Positions 1-8,569 of a stretch of DNA of 40,024 bases are shown here, one piece after another (the stretch's first letter is position 1; each line of letters begins with the position of its first letter). A model generated the notes under the pieces. The model saw only the letters and a list, made by a program, of their open reading frames with translations, was not told the origin of the DNA and searched no databases. The DNA is taken from sequence record SRR22947725_182; one strand, 5' to 3'. Position numbers and translations under genes: made by a program.

Positions 1-98
1 CTCGCGAAACATGCTCATCTCGTACAAGACTGCCTTTCCCCAATTTTAAATAATCGTGACAAGCGCACCTCGCGCCCACTCCAAGGAAAGGTTGTTCA

Positions 99-518
99 AT
101 GAAAAAGTTTTTTAGCCCCGTGGGTTGGTTACTGCTGAGTACACTGTTTTGGGGAATGGGCGTCACGATGTCTCTGTTCTTCGGCGAAGAACAGAACGAG
201 GCCGCAGGCTTGTCGACTGCTCCAGCAGATGTAGCGGCCCTATCGTGGTACGGGCTGGTTTTCACGGGTGGTTATCTCCTTGCGGCTGCAGGGATTGGCT
301 ACTTCGCACGGGGGGCAACCCGCGCTCGCCTCACCTTTGGCATGGGCGTGAGCATCCTTCTCTGGGTGGTACTCGGGTTGCTCGTTCTCGTCGGGCCGGT
401 CGTGGGATACCAAAACTTTGCCCCAGATTTTGGCGTGATTCCTATGACTGCAGGGCTTGGATTGGTCATTTCAGGGCTGTTGCATTGGAACGACGACGAG
501 GTCCATACTAGTCAGTAA
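99..518 (+). CDS. Hypothetical membrane protein (~4 TM segments)
   Basis: 139-aa ORF with four hydrophobic stretches and purine-rich SD-like GAAAGGG upstream of ATG; family not recognised. Confidence 0.7.
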   Translation: MKKFFSPVGWLLLSTLFWGMGVTMSLFFGEEQNEAAGLSTAPADVAALSWYGLVFTGGYLLAAAGIGYFARGATRARLTFGMGVSILLWVVLGLLVLVGPVVGYQNFAPDFGVIPMTAGLGLVISGLLHWNDDEVHTSQ

Positions 519-573
519 CAGGGACCGCTGAATTCACTGCGGTCGGAAACCGTTTCACAGAGAGGGAGCAATA

Positions 574-906
574 ATGCGCAAATATCTCACCCTAGGCAAC
601 TACACGTCGGAAGGATTAAAGGGGGCGAGAAACGATTCTTTCGCGACCCGAGAGGAAGCGATTCGCGATCTTGCGGACAAGGTTGGCGGAACAATCCACG
701 AATACGGATTTACATTTGGGGATTACGACTTTGTTGTTTTGGGTTCCTTTCCGGACGACCAGGCCGCCGCTGCCGTAGCCCTGGTGGCAGGCTCCACTGG
801 AACTGTCGAGGTGGTGACGATTCCGCTGATGTCTGCGGCGGAACTGGATGCCGCATCTGAGCTGGGGAATTCTGTCAGTTTCAAAGCCGCCGGACAGGCG
901 TCCTAA
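574..906 (+). CDS. GYD domain-containing protein
   Basis: 110 aa; N-terminal Y-T-x-E-G-L-K-G, central GDYD motif, typical GYD length; SD GGGAG. Confidence 0.85.
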   Translation: MRKYLTLGNYTSEGLKGARNDSFATREEAIRDLADKVGGTIHEYGFTFGDYDFVVLGSFPDDQAAAAVALVAGSTGTVEVVTIPLMSAAELDAASELGNSVSFKAAGQAS

Positions 907-925
907 CCGAAGAGGCAGAGTCAAG

Positions 926-1309
926 ATGGTCAATGTTGAGGTGAAGTCCTTTTCAACTCCCGACACCATAAAAGAGTTGCCAGAGGGAACGGGTGAAGCG
1001 AGAACGGTGGAGTTCCACACGCGGTCTGTCACACAATTGAGGGTGTATCCAGGATGGCAGTGGTCTAAGCACATCAAGCCCCACGCCGGGACGGAATCCT
1101 GCCAGGTGCAACACCTTGGAGTGATTACGCAGGGGTGCTTGACCGTTCGGCATGACGACGGAACTGAGGCGTCATATGGCTCAGGTGACGCGTACTCCAT
1201 AATGCCCGGACACGACGTCTGGGTCGAGGGGGATGAGATTGTCGAGGGATACGAGTTTGCCGATACATGGACAGACTCCCTTCCGCAGTCCGTTCACGCA
1301 GAGCACTGA
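926..1309 (+). CDS. Cupin domain-containing protein
   Basis: PGWQWSKHIKP..GTESCQVQH..G and GD.Y.I.PGHD.WVEGDE motifs of a small cupin family; start set at ATG 926 inside ORF 848..1309. Confidence 0.85.
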   Translation: MVNVEVKSFSTPDTIKELPEGTGEARTVEFHTRSVTQLRVYPGWQWSKHIKPHAGTESCQVQHLGVITQGCLTVRHDDGTEASYGSGDAYSIMPGHDVWVEGDEIVEGYEFADTWTDSLPQSVHAEH

Positions 1310-1374
1310 TGACCCAATGGAAACCGTGAACGCAAATCCACTTATTCCGATTTAAAGAAAGGAACAACAACGTC

Positions 1375-1668
1375 ATGGGCTACATTCGCGTATCGATTAT
1401 GTCCCCGAAAGAAGGGAAGGAACTAGAGGTACGGGGGTTGTTCGAGAAGAACATAGCTCCCGCTATAGCCTCAGCGGTTGGTTTGGAGTCATCCGACGTC
1501 AACGTAACCGAGAGCGGCACGATCGTGAACATCGAGAGCTGGGAATCCGAAGGGGCCTGGGAGAGCCACCGGGATAACGTCACCGCTGACGCCGAAATGG
1601 TCGCTGAATTCCAAGGACTATTGGCGTCTTTCTCAGACGAGAGTGGAACATCGCTCTTCACTGCATAG
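1375..1668 (+). CDS. Antibiotic biosynthesis monooxygenase (ABM)-like dimeric alpha/beta-barrel protein
   Basis: 97 aa; PKEGKE..., PG-like AVG, 'IESWESEGAWESH' resembles the ABM W-x-S-x3-A-x3-H pattern; SD AAAGGA. Confidence 0.7.
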   Translation: MGYIRVSIMSPKEGKELEVRGLFEKNIAPAIASAVGLESSDVNVTESGTIVNIESWESEGAWESHRDNVTADAEMVAEFQGLLASFSDESGTSLFTA

Positions 1669-1785
1669 CCCTTCCGTGGTGACCGGGGTGTCAAGAAGGG
1701 GCTGGTTCACCCATAGTTCATCTCGGGAGGTGTGGCGAGTGAAGGCTGCGAGAACGCAGCGAACGCGAGAGTCGGGAGTGGGGAT

Positions 1786-1854
1786 TTGAAGACGATTGTG
1801 CTTTGGCCGGTTGTGGCAGGGTTTCTCCTCGTTTCTGGCTGCAGTTCGGGATAG
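1786..1854 (+). pseudogene. Mini-ORF or remnant encoding only a lipoprotein signal peptide (MKTIVLWPVVAGFLLVSGCSSG*)
   Basis: Manual translation from TTG 1786, GGGAG 7 nt upstream; Lys n-region, hydrophobic core, lipobox VSGC; TAG at 1852-1854. Confidence 0.4.
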
Positions 1855-1951
1855 CTAAACCTTCAGCTCGAGCGCCTGGGTCGCAGCCTCGCATTCGTTG
1901 CCCCGCTCAGCCGTGAACGAATCATAAAGGGGAACCGATTAGCCTTGAGCG

Positions 1952-2764
1952 GTGATTGGACTCGGTACCCTCCTGAACATCACCACCATCGTGGTGGGCG
2001 CCACCATCGGCATCCTCATTGGCAAGCGACTTCCAGGGCGCACGAGCAGAGTGGTCACTGACGCTCTAGGGCTCGTCACACTTGTGCTGGGTGGGCTCAA
2101 CCTGGTTTCGCTCACGGATGTGGAGTTCGTGGGGGTAGTGGGTGCTGGGGGCACTTTTCTCGTCGTCATCGGGGCTCTGCTCATCGGCAGCATTATTGGT
2201 TCGTTGGCGGGCATCGAGTTCCAACTCGAGCGCTTTGGTGGATGGCTTCAAAACACGATGACGCGGCCAGACCACGCTTCCGCATCAGACTCCGAGGTGG
2301 GCACGGGTGTCCCGTCGTCTCTCTCCGATGCCCCGCTCGCGGTTACAGGCCGGCAGCGGTTCATCAATGGTTTCGTGGACGCGTCGCTGGTGTTTGCCAT
2401 CGGACCCCTAGCCATACTGGGTGCCTTTCAAGATGGCACGGGTCAGGGAATCGACCAGTTGGCGCTGAAATCAACCCTCGATGGCTTTGCGTCGATTGCG
2501 TTTGCCGCCTCGCTCGGCTGGGGTGTTGCTTTTTCGGCCATACCGGTGGGTATCTGGCAGGGCCTGTTGACGGTGCTTGCCCTCAGTCTTGGTTCCGTCA
2601 TGTCCGGTGCGGCGATTGCGGCCTTGACCGCCACGGGGGGAGTGCTGCTGCTGGGGGTAGGGTTGCGCCTGCTCAACCTGCGCGCCGTTGCAGTGGCGGA
2701 TATGTTGCCAGCGCTCATCATCGCCCCACTCCTGACAGTGGGCGTGCAAGCTTTTCTCGGCTAG
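1952..2764 (+). CDS. DUF554 family membrane protein
   Basis: GTLLNITTIVVGATIG start, GF..ASL.F.IGPLAILG, KSTLDGFASIAFAASLG.GV motifs. Confidence 0.9.
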   Translation: MIGLGTLLNITTIVVGATIGILIGKRLPGRTSRVVTDALGLVTLVLGGLNLVSLTDVEFVGVVGAGGTFLVVIGALLIGSIIGSLAGIEFQLERFGGWLQNTMTRPDHASASDSEVGTGVPSSLSDAPLAVTGRQRFINGFVDASLVFAIGPLAILGAFQDGTGQGIDQLALKSTLDGFASIAFAASLGWGVAFSAIPVGIWQGLLTVLALSLGSVMSGAAIAALTATGGVLLLGVGLRLLNLRAVAVADMLPALIIAPLLTVGVQAFLG

Positions 2765-2888
2765 TCCGCCTCGTCCCCAGGAACCAGCGGGACGTATGCT
2801 TAGCGAAAGAATAAGTGTCTGTGGTCTGAACCTCGCGAACCCCTCACTTGACCATCGCAACCAGCCCAGAGATTAGGACCAACACTCA

Positions 2889-4094
2889 GTGACACCACCC
2901 GTCGCAACGCCGAAAATAGTGCTGTGGTTTTTTGCCGCTGCCGGTTTGTTTTTTGCCCGTGCCTTACTCTTTTCCACCTGGCTTTCGCGCGCACCTGAGG
3001 TGCAGGCCGCGCTCTCCCTCAACACCGTTCAAATGGGATTATTCGTGATGCTGTTTCCTTTGGGTGGCCTGGCGGGGATTTTGTTTGCCAACGTGCTCAC
3101 GGTTCGTTTTGGTTCGACCGCGTCGGGGATTGGAATCTTCACCCTTGGCGGGGCTGCCTTGGCCACCCTAGGCTTCTCTCTCGTTGAAGGGAACCTTGTG
3201 GTGTCCTCGGTCGCGCTTTTTGCGATGGGACTCCCCATGGCAATCGCCGATTTTCTGGGGAATTTTGAGGGCACCGCAGTCGACCGTGTGTCGAAGAAGA
3301 GTTTGTTCCCCGCCATCCACAGCGCCTTCGGAATGGGCATGCTCTTGGGCGCAGGTGGGGCATCCCTCGCGATTGACGCGGGGTGGAGTCTCACCCCGAA
3401 CTACCTGATCGTCGCGGGGATTGTGGTGGCACTGGCAGTGGTGGCCTCGTTGCAATTTCCCAACCGCGATAAGCCACTGGTAAGGCCCAAAGGCGAGGAA
3501 CGAAAGATGTCTGTGGCGGTCTGGAAGGAAAAGCGGACACTGCTGATTGCGGTCATCGGTTTCTCCTTCATCATGGCGGAGATTTCCGCGGGAACGTGGG
3601 TTCCGATTGCGTTGACTGTCTCCGGTTTTTCTGGATCCGCTGCCGCTTTTGCGTTCGGAGTGTTCTGGATTGTAATCACCATTGGACGTGTACTCGGGGG
3701 ATTCGTGGTTGAAGCAATCGGGCGATTCCGGACCGTTCTGATCTCGACCCTGGTGACCGCCGCCGGCATTCTTGTTTTCATGCTGGGAGAAGTGATCGCC
3801 CTGCCCTTCTTGGGTCTGGTGCTGTGGGGATTAGGCATGTCGATGGGTTTCCCCATGGCTGTCGCCGCCATGAGCGATGATCCACGCAAGGCGCCTTTCA
3901 GGATCAACATGATCATCACCGTGGTGTATATCTCGAGTATCTCGGTGGGTCCGGCACTGGGCAGCGTCGGGGAAGTAGCAGGAATCTACGCAGCCTTTTC
4001 CATCCCTTTGGCCCTCATGATTCTCTCGGCCATCTTGTCGCCGGTCACAAAAAAATTGCCTCTCGAGGAGCCTGAAAACATCTTGGTGCGCTAG
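2889..4094 (+). CDS. MFS transporter
   Basis: 401 aa, ~12 hydrophobic segments, GRVLGGFVVEAIGR motif-A-like loop; substrate unknown. Confidence 0.88.
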   Translation: MTPPVATPKIVLWFFAAAGLFFARALLFSTWLSRAPEVQAALSLNTVQMGLFVMLFPLGGLAGILFANVLTVRFGSTASGIGIFTLGGAALATLGFSLVEGNLVVSSVALFAMGLPMAIADFLGNFEGTAVDRVSKKSLFPAIHSAFGMGMLLGAGGASLAIDAGWSLTPNYLIVAGIVVALAVVASLQFPNRDKPLVRPKGEERKMSVAVWKEKRTLLIAVIGFSFIMAEISAGTWVPIALTVSGFSGSAAAFAFGVFWIVITIGRVLGGFVVEAIGRFRTVLISTLVTAAGILVFMLGEVIALPFLGLVLWGLGMSMGFPMAVAAMSDDPRKAPFRINMIITVVYISSISVGPALGSVGEVAGIYAAFSIPLALMILSAILSPVTKKLPLEEPENILVR

Positions 4095-4095
4095 C

Positions 4096-4115
4096 GGTTC
4101 TTGCGGGAACTTTTT
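4096..4115 (+). terminator. Possible weak intrinsic terminator between convergent MFS and DoxX genes
   Basis: GGTTCT-TGCG-GGAACT hairpin followed by T run. Confidence 0.35.
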
Positions 4116-4548
4116 ACTGGGAACGGTGGCGGAGGCTTTGGACGAAACCGATCGCTGAGGTGGACCATAGCGCCAACACCACCAGCAGGGGTTGGAAGAA
4201 AAGTCGAGTGACTCGGGCTTGGTCGGAATCAAGTCCGAAGGCAGCGATTCCTTCGACAAGCTGATTGATGTTGCCGGGGAATATTGCGATGAAGAACGCG
4301 GCTGCTGCCAGACCCGTAATCGGCACCACTTTCCCCCAGGTGAGGAGCCCTAACCCCAGCACAATCTCGACAACACCCGAAGCGAGAACGACGAAATCGG
4401 CGTCGAGCGGAAGCCAGACTGGCACTTGAGCCTGGAACTCCAGCCGCGAATAACTGAGGTGCCCCACCCCTGCATAGATTAGGGCTAGCCCGAGAGTAAG
4501 ACGTGCCACCAAACGGGCGGTTCTCCCAAGCGTTTGGGGTTTCTTCAT
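4114..4548 (-). CDS. DoxX-family membrane protein
   Basis: AGVGH, SGVVEIVLGLGLL, IFPGNI, RLFFQP motifs. Confidence 0.85.
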   Translation of the reverse strand: MKKPQTLGRTARLVARLTLGLALIYAGVGHLSYSRLEFQAQVPVWLPLDADFVVLASGVVEIVLGLGLLTWGKVVPITGLAAAAFFIAIFPGNINQLVEGIAAFGLDSDQARVTRLFFQPLLVVLALWSTSAIGFVQSLRHRSQ

Positions 4549-4824
4549 CGGCTACAGTTCTGATTCGGACGGACACCGCGGCGGTGTGTGACGGCCAGGG
4601 CTTGCCGCACAAAGGGCTCAAGGGCTCCCGCGAGGATATGTTTGCGTTGTAACACCCAGCAAACCGTACAGGGAGATTCTATGAATTACTGACCCAGTGG
4701 TCGGGTTGCCTGCATCAGGTGTAAACACCTAGCTAGAGGGCGAGCCATCGGAGCTCAGATTCAACACCATTGCTAGGGTTGGGGGAAGAAAATCCACACG
4801 TTGGGCTCCCGTAAAGGAAATTTC

Positions 4825-5628
4825 ATGGCAAAGAAGCAAAGGACAATAGACGAGAAAATCACTCGTCTGCGGACGTTCAATATCGTCGCTGGCTCACTGC
4901 ACCTCATCCAAGCTTTGGGCCTTGGCTACGTCCTCACTCTTCTCGATGACCAGGTCACCTTCCCCGTGACCGCCGACTACCTCGGGGGGCCCCCCGGTGT
5001 TGATCTGCCGGCAGAGCGGGTCATCCTCTTTGACGTCAACGTCGGTATCGGTGTCGCAGCGTTCCTCGCGATGTCCGCGTTCTTCCACTTCCTTATTTCC
5101 TCCCCCATGTTCTTCACCCGCTATGGAAACGGTTTGAAGCGAAACCGCAACTACTTCCGTTGGACGGAATACTCCCTGAGCTCCTCCGTGATGATTTGGC
5201 TTGTCGCCCAGATCACCGGAATCACCGATGTTGCTGCACTCTTCTCGATCTTCGCGGTGAACGCGTCGATGATCATGTTTGGTGCGCTACAGGAAAAGTA
5301 TGAATCTCCCGGAAGCGGTGGGTTTTTGCCCTTCGTCTTCGGATCCATGACCGGAGTTGTGCCATGGATTGTGATTCTGATTTACTTCTTCTCTCCTGGC
5401 TCCCAGTCCACGGTGGAAGCCCCCGCCTTCGTCGTGGTCATTATCGTTTCCCTGTTCTTCTTCTTCAATACTTTTGCCGTCAACCAGGCTTTGCAGTACC
5501 ACCAGGTCGGCAGCTGGGTTGATTACATCAGGGGCGAGCGCATGTACATCACCCTGAGCTTGATCGCAAAGACAGCGCTGGCTTACCAGGTGTTCTCCGG
5601 GTCGATTATTCCTGGCCTAACCGACTAA
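4825..5628 (+). CDS. Heliorhodopsin (HeR)
   Basis: 7-TM protein with helix A His (GSLHL), helix B His (FFHF), RWTEYSLSSSVM (counterion Glu), LSLIAK retinal-binding Lys (codon 5569-5571), Y..GER.Y; SD AAAGGA before ATG 4825. Confidence 0.96.
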   Translation: MAKKQRTIDEKITRLRTFNIVAGSLHLIQALGLGYVLTLLDDQVTFPVTADYLGGPPGVDLPAERVILFDVNVGIGVAAFLAMSAFFHFLISSPMFFTRYGNGLKRNRNYFRWTEYSLSSSVMIWLVAQITGITDVAALFSIFAVNASMIMFGALQEKYESPGSGGFLPFVFGSMTGVVPWIVILIYFFSPGSQSTVEAPAFVVVIIVSLFFFFNTFAVNQALQYHQVGSWVDYIRGERMYITLSLIAKTALAYQVFSGSIIPGLTD

Positions 5629-5634
5629 AGCCCC

Positions 5635-6447
5635 ATGAGTGAAGCGGGGGAGCGGCTCGCGTTATTTCGTGAACGCAGAAACCTTGGGGCAATTCAGCCC
5701 CAAGGTCCCCTCGCATTGGTGAACACTCAGTGGGTGGACATGGAACAAACCATTTGGGGAGTGCCAGGAACATGGGCACCAGCGCCGCAAGGCGTGCCGG
5801 GATTGATGCTTACCGCTCCGGGTAGCGAGGGGATTTCGGTCGACGGTATCGCAGTGGATGGCACTGTGGAGGTTCGAGCAAAAGGCTCAAATCGGCCTTC
5901 GGAGGTCATCTTTGGCGATACCCAGAACGGTCACGTCATCGCCCAGGGTGATTCCTACGCCTTAAGGGTCTGGGATAGCACTTCAGAGGGCATCCAGTCT
6001 TTCGGACACGTTGACGCCTTTGACTATGCACCTCAGTGGGTTATTACCGGGGCGTGGAAAGAAATCCCCGGCGGTAAAAGTGTGGGATTTGAACACCTCA
6101 AGGACGAGGGTGTCTCCAGAGATGAGGTGATTCCTGGTGAAATCACCTTCGCCCATGAAGGTACCGAGTATTCGATAGCTGCCTTCAAAGCCGGCACGGC
6201 CCTCCAGCTGGTCTTTGCCGATGCCACCAATGACGTCAGTACCTATAGCGTGGGACGCTTTCTCTTTCTTGCGCCCAACCCCGATGGCACGATCACCTTG
6301 GATTTCAACTACGCCGTCTTGCCGCCGTGCGCTTTTTCCTATGCCTTCAACTGCCCCTTGCCACCGGCACAAAACCGATTCCCGTTCGCCATTGAGGCTG
6401 GGGAAAAAAATGTGCTGAAGAAAGACGGCTCTCTGCTACACGGCTAG
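5635..6447 (+). CDS. DUF1684 domain-containing protein
   Basis: FADATN..STY..GRFL and LDFNYAVLPPCAFS..FNCPLPP..N..I.AGEK signature. Confidence 0.92.
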   Translation: MSEAGERLALFRERRNLGAIQPQGPLALVNTQWVDMEQTIWGVPGTWAPAPQGVPGLMLTAPGSEGISVDGIAVDGTVEVRAKGSNRPSEVIFGDTQNGHVIAQGDSYALRVWDSTSEGIQSFGHVDAFDYAPQWVITGAWKEIPGGKSVGFEHLKDEGVSRDEVIPGEITFAHEGTEYSIAAFKAGTALQLVFADATNDVSTYSVGRFLFLAPNPDGTITLDFNYAVLPPCAFSYAFNCPLPPAQNRFPFAIEAGEKNVLKKDGSLLHG

Positions 6448-6568
6448 TACTCACTTGTTTTTCATAGCCAACCTGCCGCATAATAAGGGCATTCCGCTTT
6501 CAGGCGGCGAGTAATACCCCGATTCCATGGTCGATGGGGAAGTCGAACCACAGGAATCGGAGAAAACT

Positions 6569-7072
6569 ATGGCTCATGCCACAACCCGTGGGGTGCTGTT
6601 TGTGCACTCTTCACCCCCTTCGCTCTGCCCGCACCTCGAATGGGCCATAGGGCGCTGCCTGGGTCGCCCCGTCCACCTCGCCTGGGAAGACCAACCCGTG
6701 TTGCCTGGCACTCTTCGCGCCGAGTTTCCCTGGCGGGGTCCCATCAACACCGGAAGTGTGATGGCGAGCGCTTTGCGCGGCTGGGAACATTTGCGATTCG
6801 AAGTCAGCGAGCAACCCTCACCCGGTGTGGACGGTGGGCGCTGGATGCACACCCCCGACCTCGGGATTTTCTATGGCGCCATGGATACGGCGGGTAACAC
6901 GATGATTTCAGAAGATCGCGTTAAGACCGCCCTTGCCGAGGCCGGCGGCGACCCGCGACTGACGACCAAGGCCTTGCGACTGGCGTGGGGCGGAGCATGG
7001 GACGACGAGCTGGAGCCGTTTCGATACTGCAGCGAAGAAACCGGTGTGGTGTGGTTTCACCGAGTGGGTTAG
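6569..7072 (+). CDS. DUF3145 domain-containing protein
   Basis: TRGVLFVHSSP..LCPHLEWA, LRGW.HLRFEV.E, WDDELEPFR; usual position convergent with fabF; ATG 6569 with GGAG SD. Confidence 0.9.
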   Translation: MAHATTRGVLFVHSSPPSLCPHLEWAIGRCLGRPVHLAWEDQPVLPGTLRAEFPWRGPINTGSVMASALRGWEHLRFEVSEQPSPGVDGGRWMHTPDLGIFYGAMDTAGNTMISEDRVKTALAEAGGDPRLTTKALRLAWGGAWDDELEPFRYCSEETGVVWFHRVG

Positions 7073-8304
7073 TCCACACTCCGGAAGGCAACAACCGCGT
7101 TGTGGCCGCCAAAGCCAAAAGAGTTACTAATGCCCAGCTGCGCTCCTGGACCTAAGTCACGGGGGCTGGTCACCACGTCCAAGGGAATTCGCTCGTCTTG
7201 GTCATCCAAGTTAATGGTGGGGGGAGCTTGGCGATGATAAATCGCCAGAATCGTAAAGAGCGCCTCCAGTGCCCCGGTGCCCCCGAGCAGGTGACCGGTC
7301 GAGGCCTTCGTGGCTGAGACCGGGATATTCCCTACGCGGTCACCGAATACTTTGTGCAACGCGGCATATTCTGCAACATCCCCCACCGGCGTTGAGGTGG
7401 CGTGTGCATTGATGTGGGTTACATCTTCTGGCGTTGCGCCTGCTTGCTTCAGCGCCGCCATAACCGCACGAGAGGCCCCTAACCCTTCGGGGTCCGGGGC
7501 GGTGATGTGAAAAGAATCGCTCGTGATACCGCCACCGGCTAGCTCCGCATAAATCCGTGCACCACGCGCAAGCGCGTGTTCCTTAGTTTCCAGCACCAAC
7601 GTCGCAGCACCCTCGCCCAGCACAAAACCATCACGGTTGGTGTCATAGGGCCTGGATGCTTTCGTGGGGTCATCATTGCGCTTGGACAGCGCTTGCATTG
7701 CGGCGAACGCTGCAATGGGAAGAGGGTGGATGACCGCTTCTGTTCCCCCGGCAACCACAACGTCGGCGAGCCCCAACTGAAGGTGCTCGTAAGCGTTGGC
7801 AATGGATTCTGTTCCTGAAGCGCACGCGGATACCACGGTCCGTGCTCCACCTTTTGCTCCCAGACCCATACTCACAGCCGCTGCTGCAGCATTAGGCATC
7901 AGCATGGGGATGGTCATCGGCAGAACTCGCCTGGGCCCTTTTTCCCGAAGCGTATCCCAGCCATCTAGTAGCGTCCACAACCCACCAATACCCGTGGCAT
8001 AGTCGACAAGGATGCGTTCGGGATCAACATCTGGCGAACCAGCATCCGCCCACGCTTCGCGGGCCGAGATCAGCGCAAACTGCGCTGAGGGGTCAAGGCG
8101 CTTAACCTCTTGGCGTTCCAAAATATCGACTGCCGCCACCTTGGCCTGTCCGGCAAAAGTGACCGGCAGTTCGTGTCGGGCAACCCAATCATGTTCCAGA
8201 GTGGAGATGCCTGATTCACCCGCAAGAAGAGCACTCCACGTGGAGGCGGCGTCGCCGCCGAGTGGGTTTGTTGTCCCGATACCGGTGACGACAATGGTGG
8301 TCAT
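7069..8304 (-). CDS. fabF: 3-oxoacyl-ACP synthase II
   Basis: SACASG catalytic Cys, NAHATST, GHLLG, NSFGFGGHN. Confidence 0.96.
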   Translation of the reverse strand: MTTIVVTGIGTTNPLGGDAASTWSALLAGESGISTLEHDWVARHELPVTFAGQAKVAAVDILERQEVKRLDPSAQFALISAREAWADAGSPDVDPERILVDYATGIGGLWTLLDGWDTLREKGPRRVLPMTIPMLMPNAAAAAVSMGLGAKGGARTVVSACASGTESIANAYEHLQLGLADVVVAGGTEAVIHPLPIAAFAAMQALSKRNDDPTKASRPYDTNRDGFVLGEGAATLVLETKEHALARGARIYAELAGGGITSDSFHITAPDPEGLGASRAVMAALKQAGATPEDVTHINAHATSTPVGDVAEYAALHKVFGDRVGNIPVSATKASTGHLLGGTGALEALFTILAIYHRQAPPTINLDDQDERIPLDVVTSPRDLGPGAQLGISNSFGFGGHNAVVAFRSVD

Positions 8305-8320
8305 CTGCGGGGGGCCTTTA

Positions 8321-8569
8321 TTAGGCCTGAGCCTTGGTGATAAAGGTGACAGCTTCGCCGACAGTGGTCAGGTTCTTGACCTCATCGTCGGGAATTTTCA
8401 CATCAAACTTTTCTTCGGCATTCACAACGATGGTCATCATGGAGATCGAATCAATGTCCAAGTCGTCGGTGAAGGACTTTTCCATGAGGACCTGGTCTGC
8501 AGCGATACCGGTCTCGTCCGTGACGAGTTCCGCTAGTCCAGCCAAAATTTCTTCGGAGGTGTGAGCCAT
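8321..8569 (-). CDS. acpP: Acyl carrier protein
   Basis: DLDIDSISM phosphopantetheine site, 82 aa, acidic. Confidence 0.96.
   Translation of the reverse strand: MAHTSEEILAGLAELVTDETGIAADQVLMEKSFTDDLDIDSISMMTIVVNAEEKFDVKIPDDEVKNLTTVGEAVTFITKAQA

Noticed and set aside
510-1710. Integron cassette array (small ORFs, TAAC at two gene ends, hairpins in spacers)
   Set aside because: No matched RYYYAAC/GTTRRRY attC boxes, the GYD-cupin spacer is only 19 nt, and no integrase is in view
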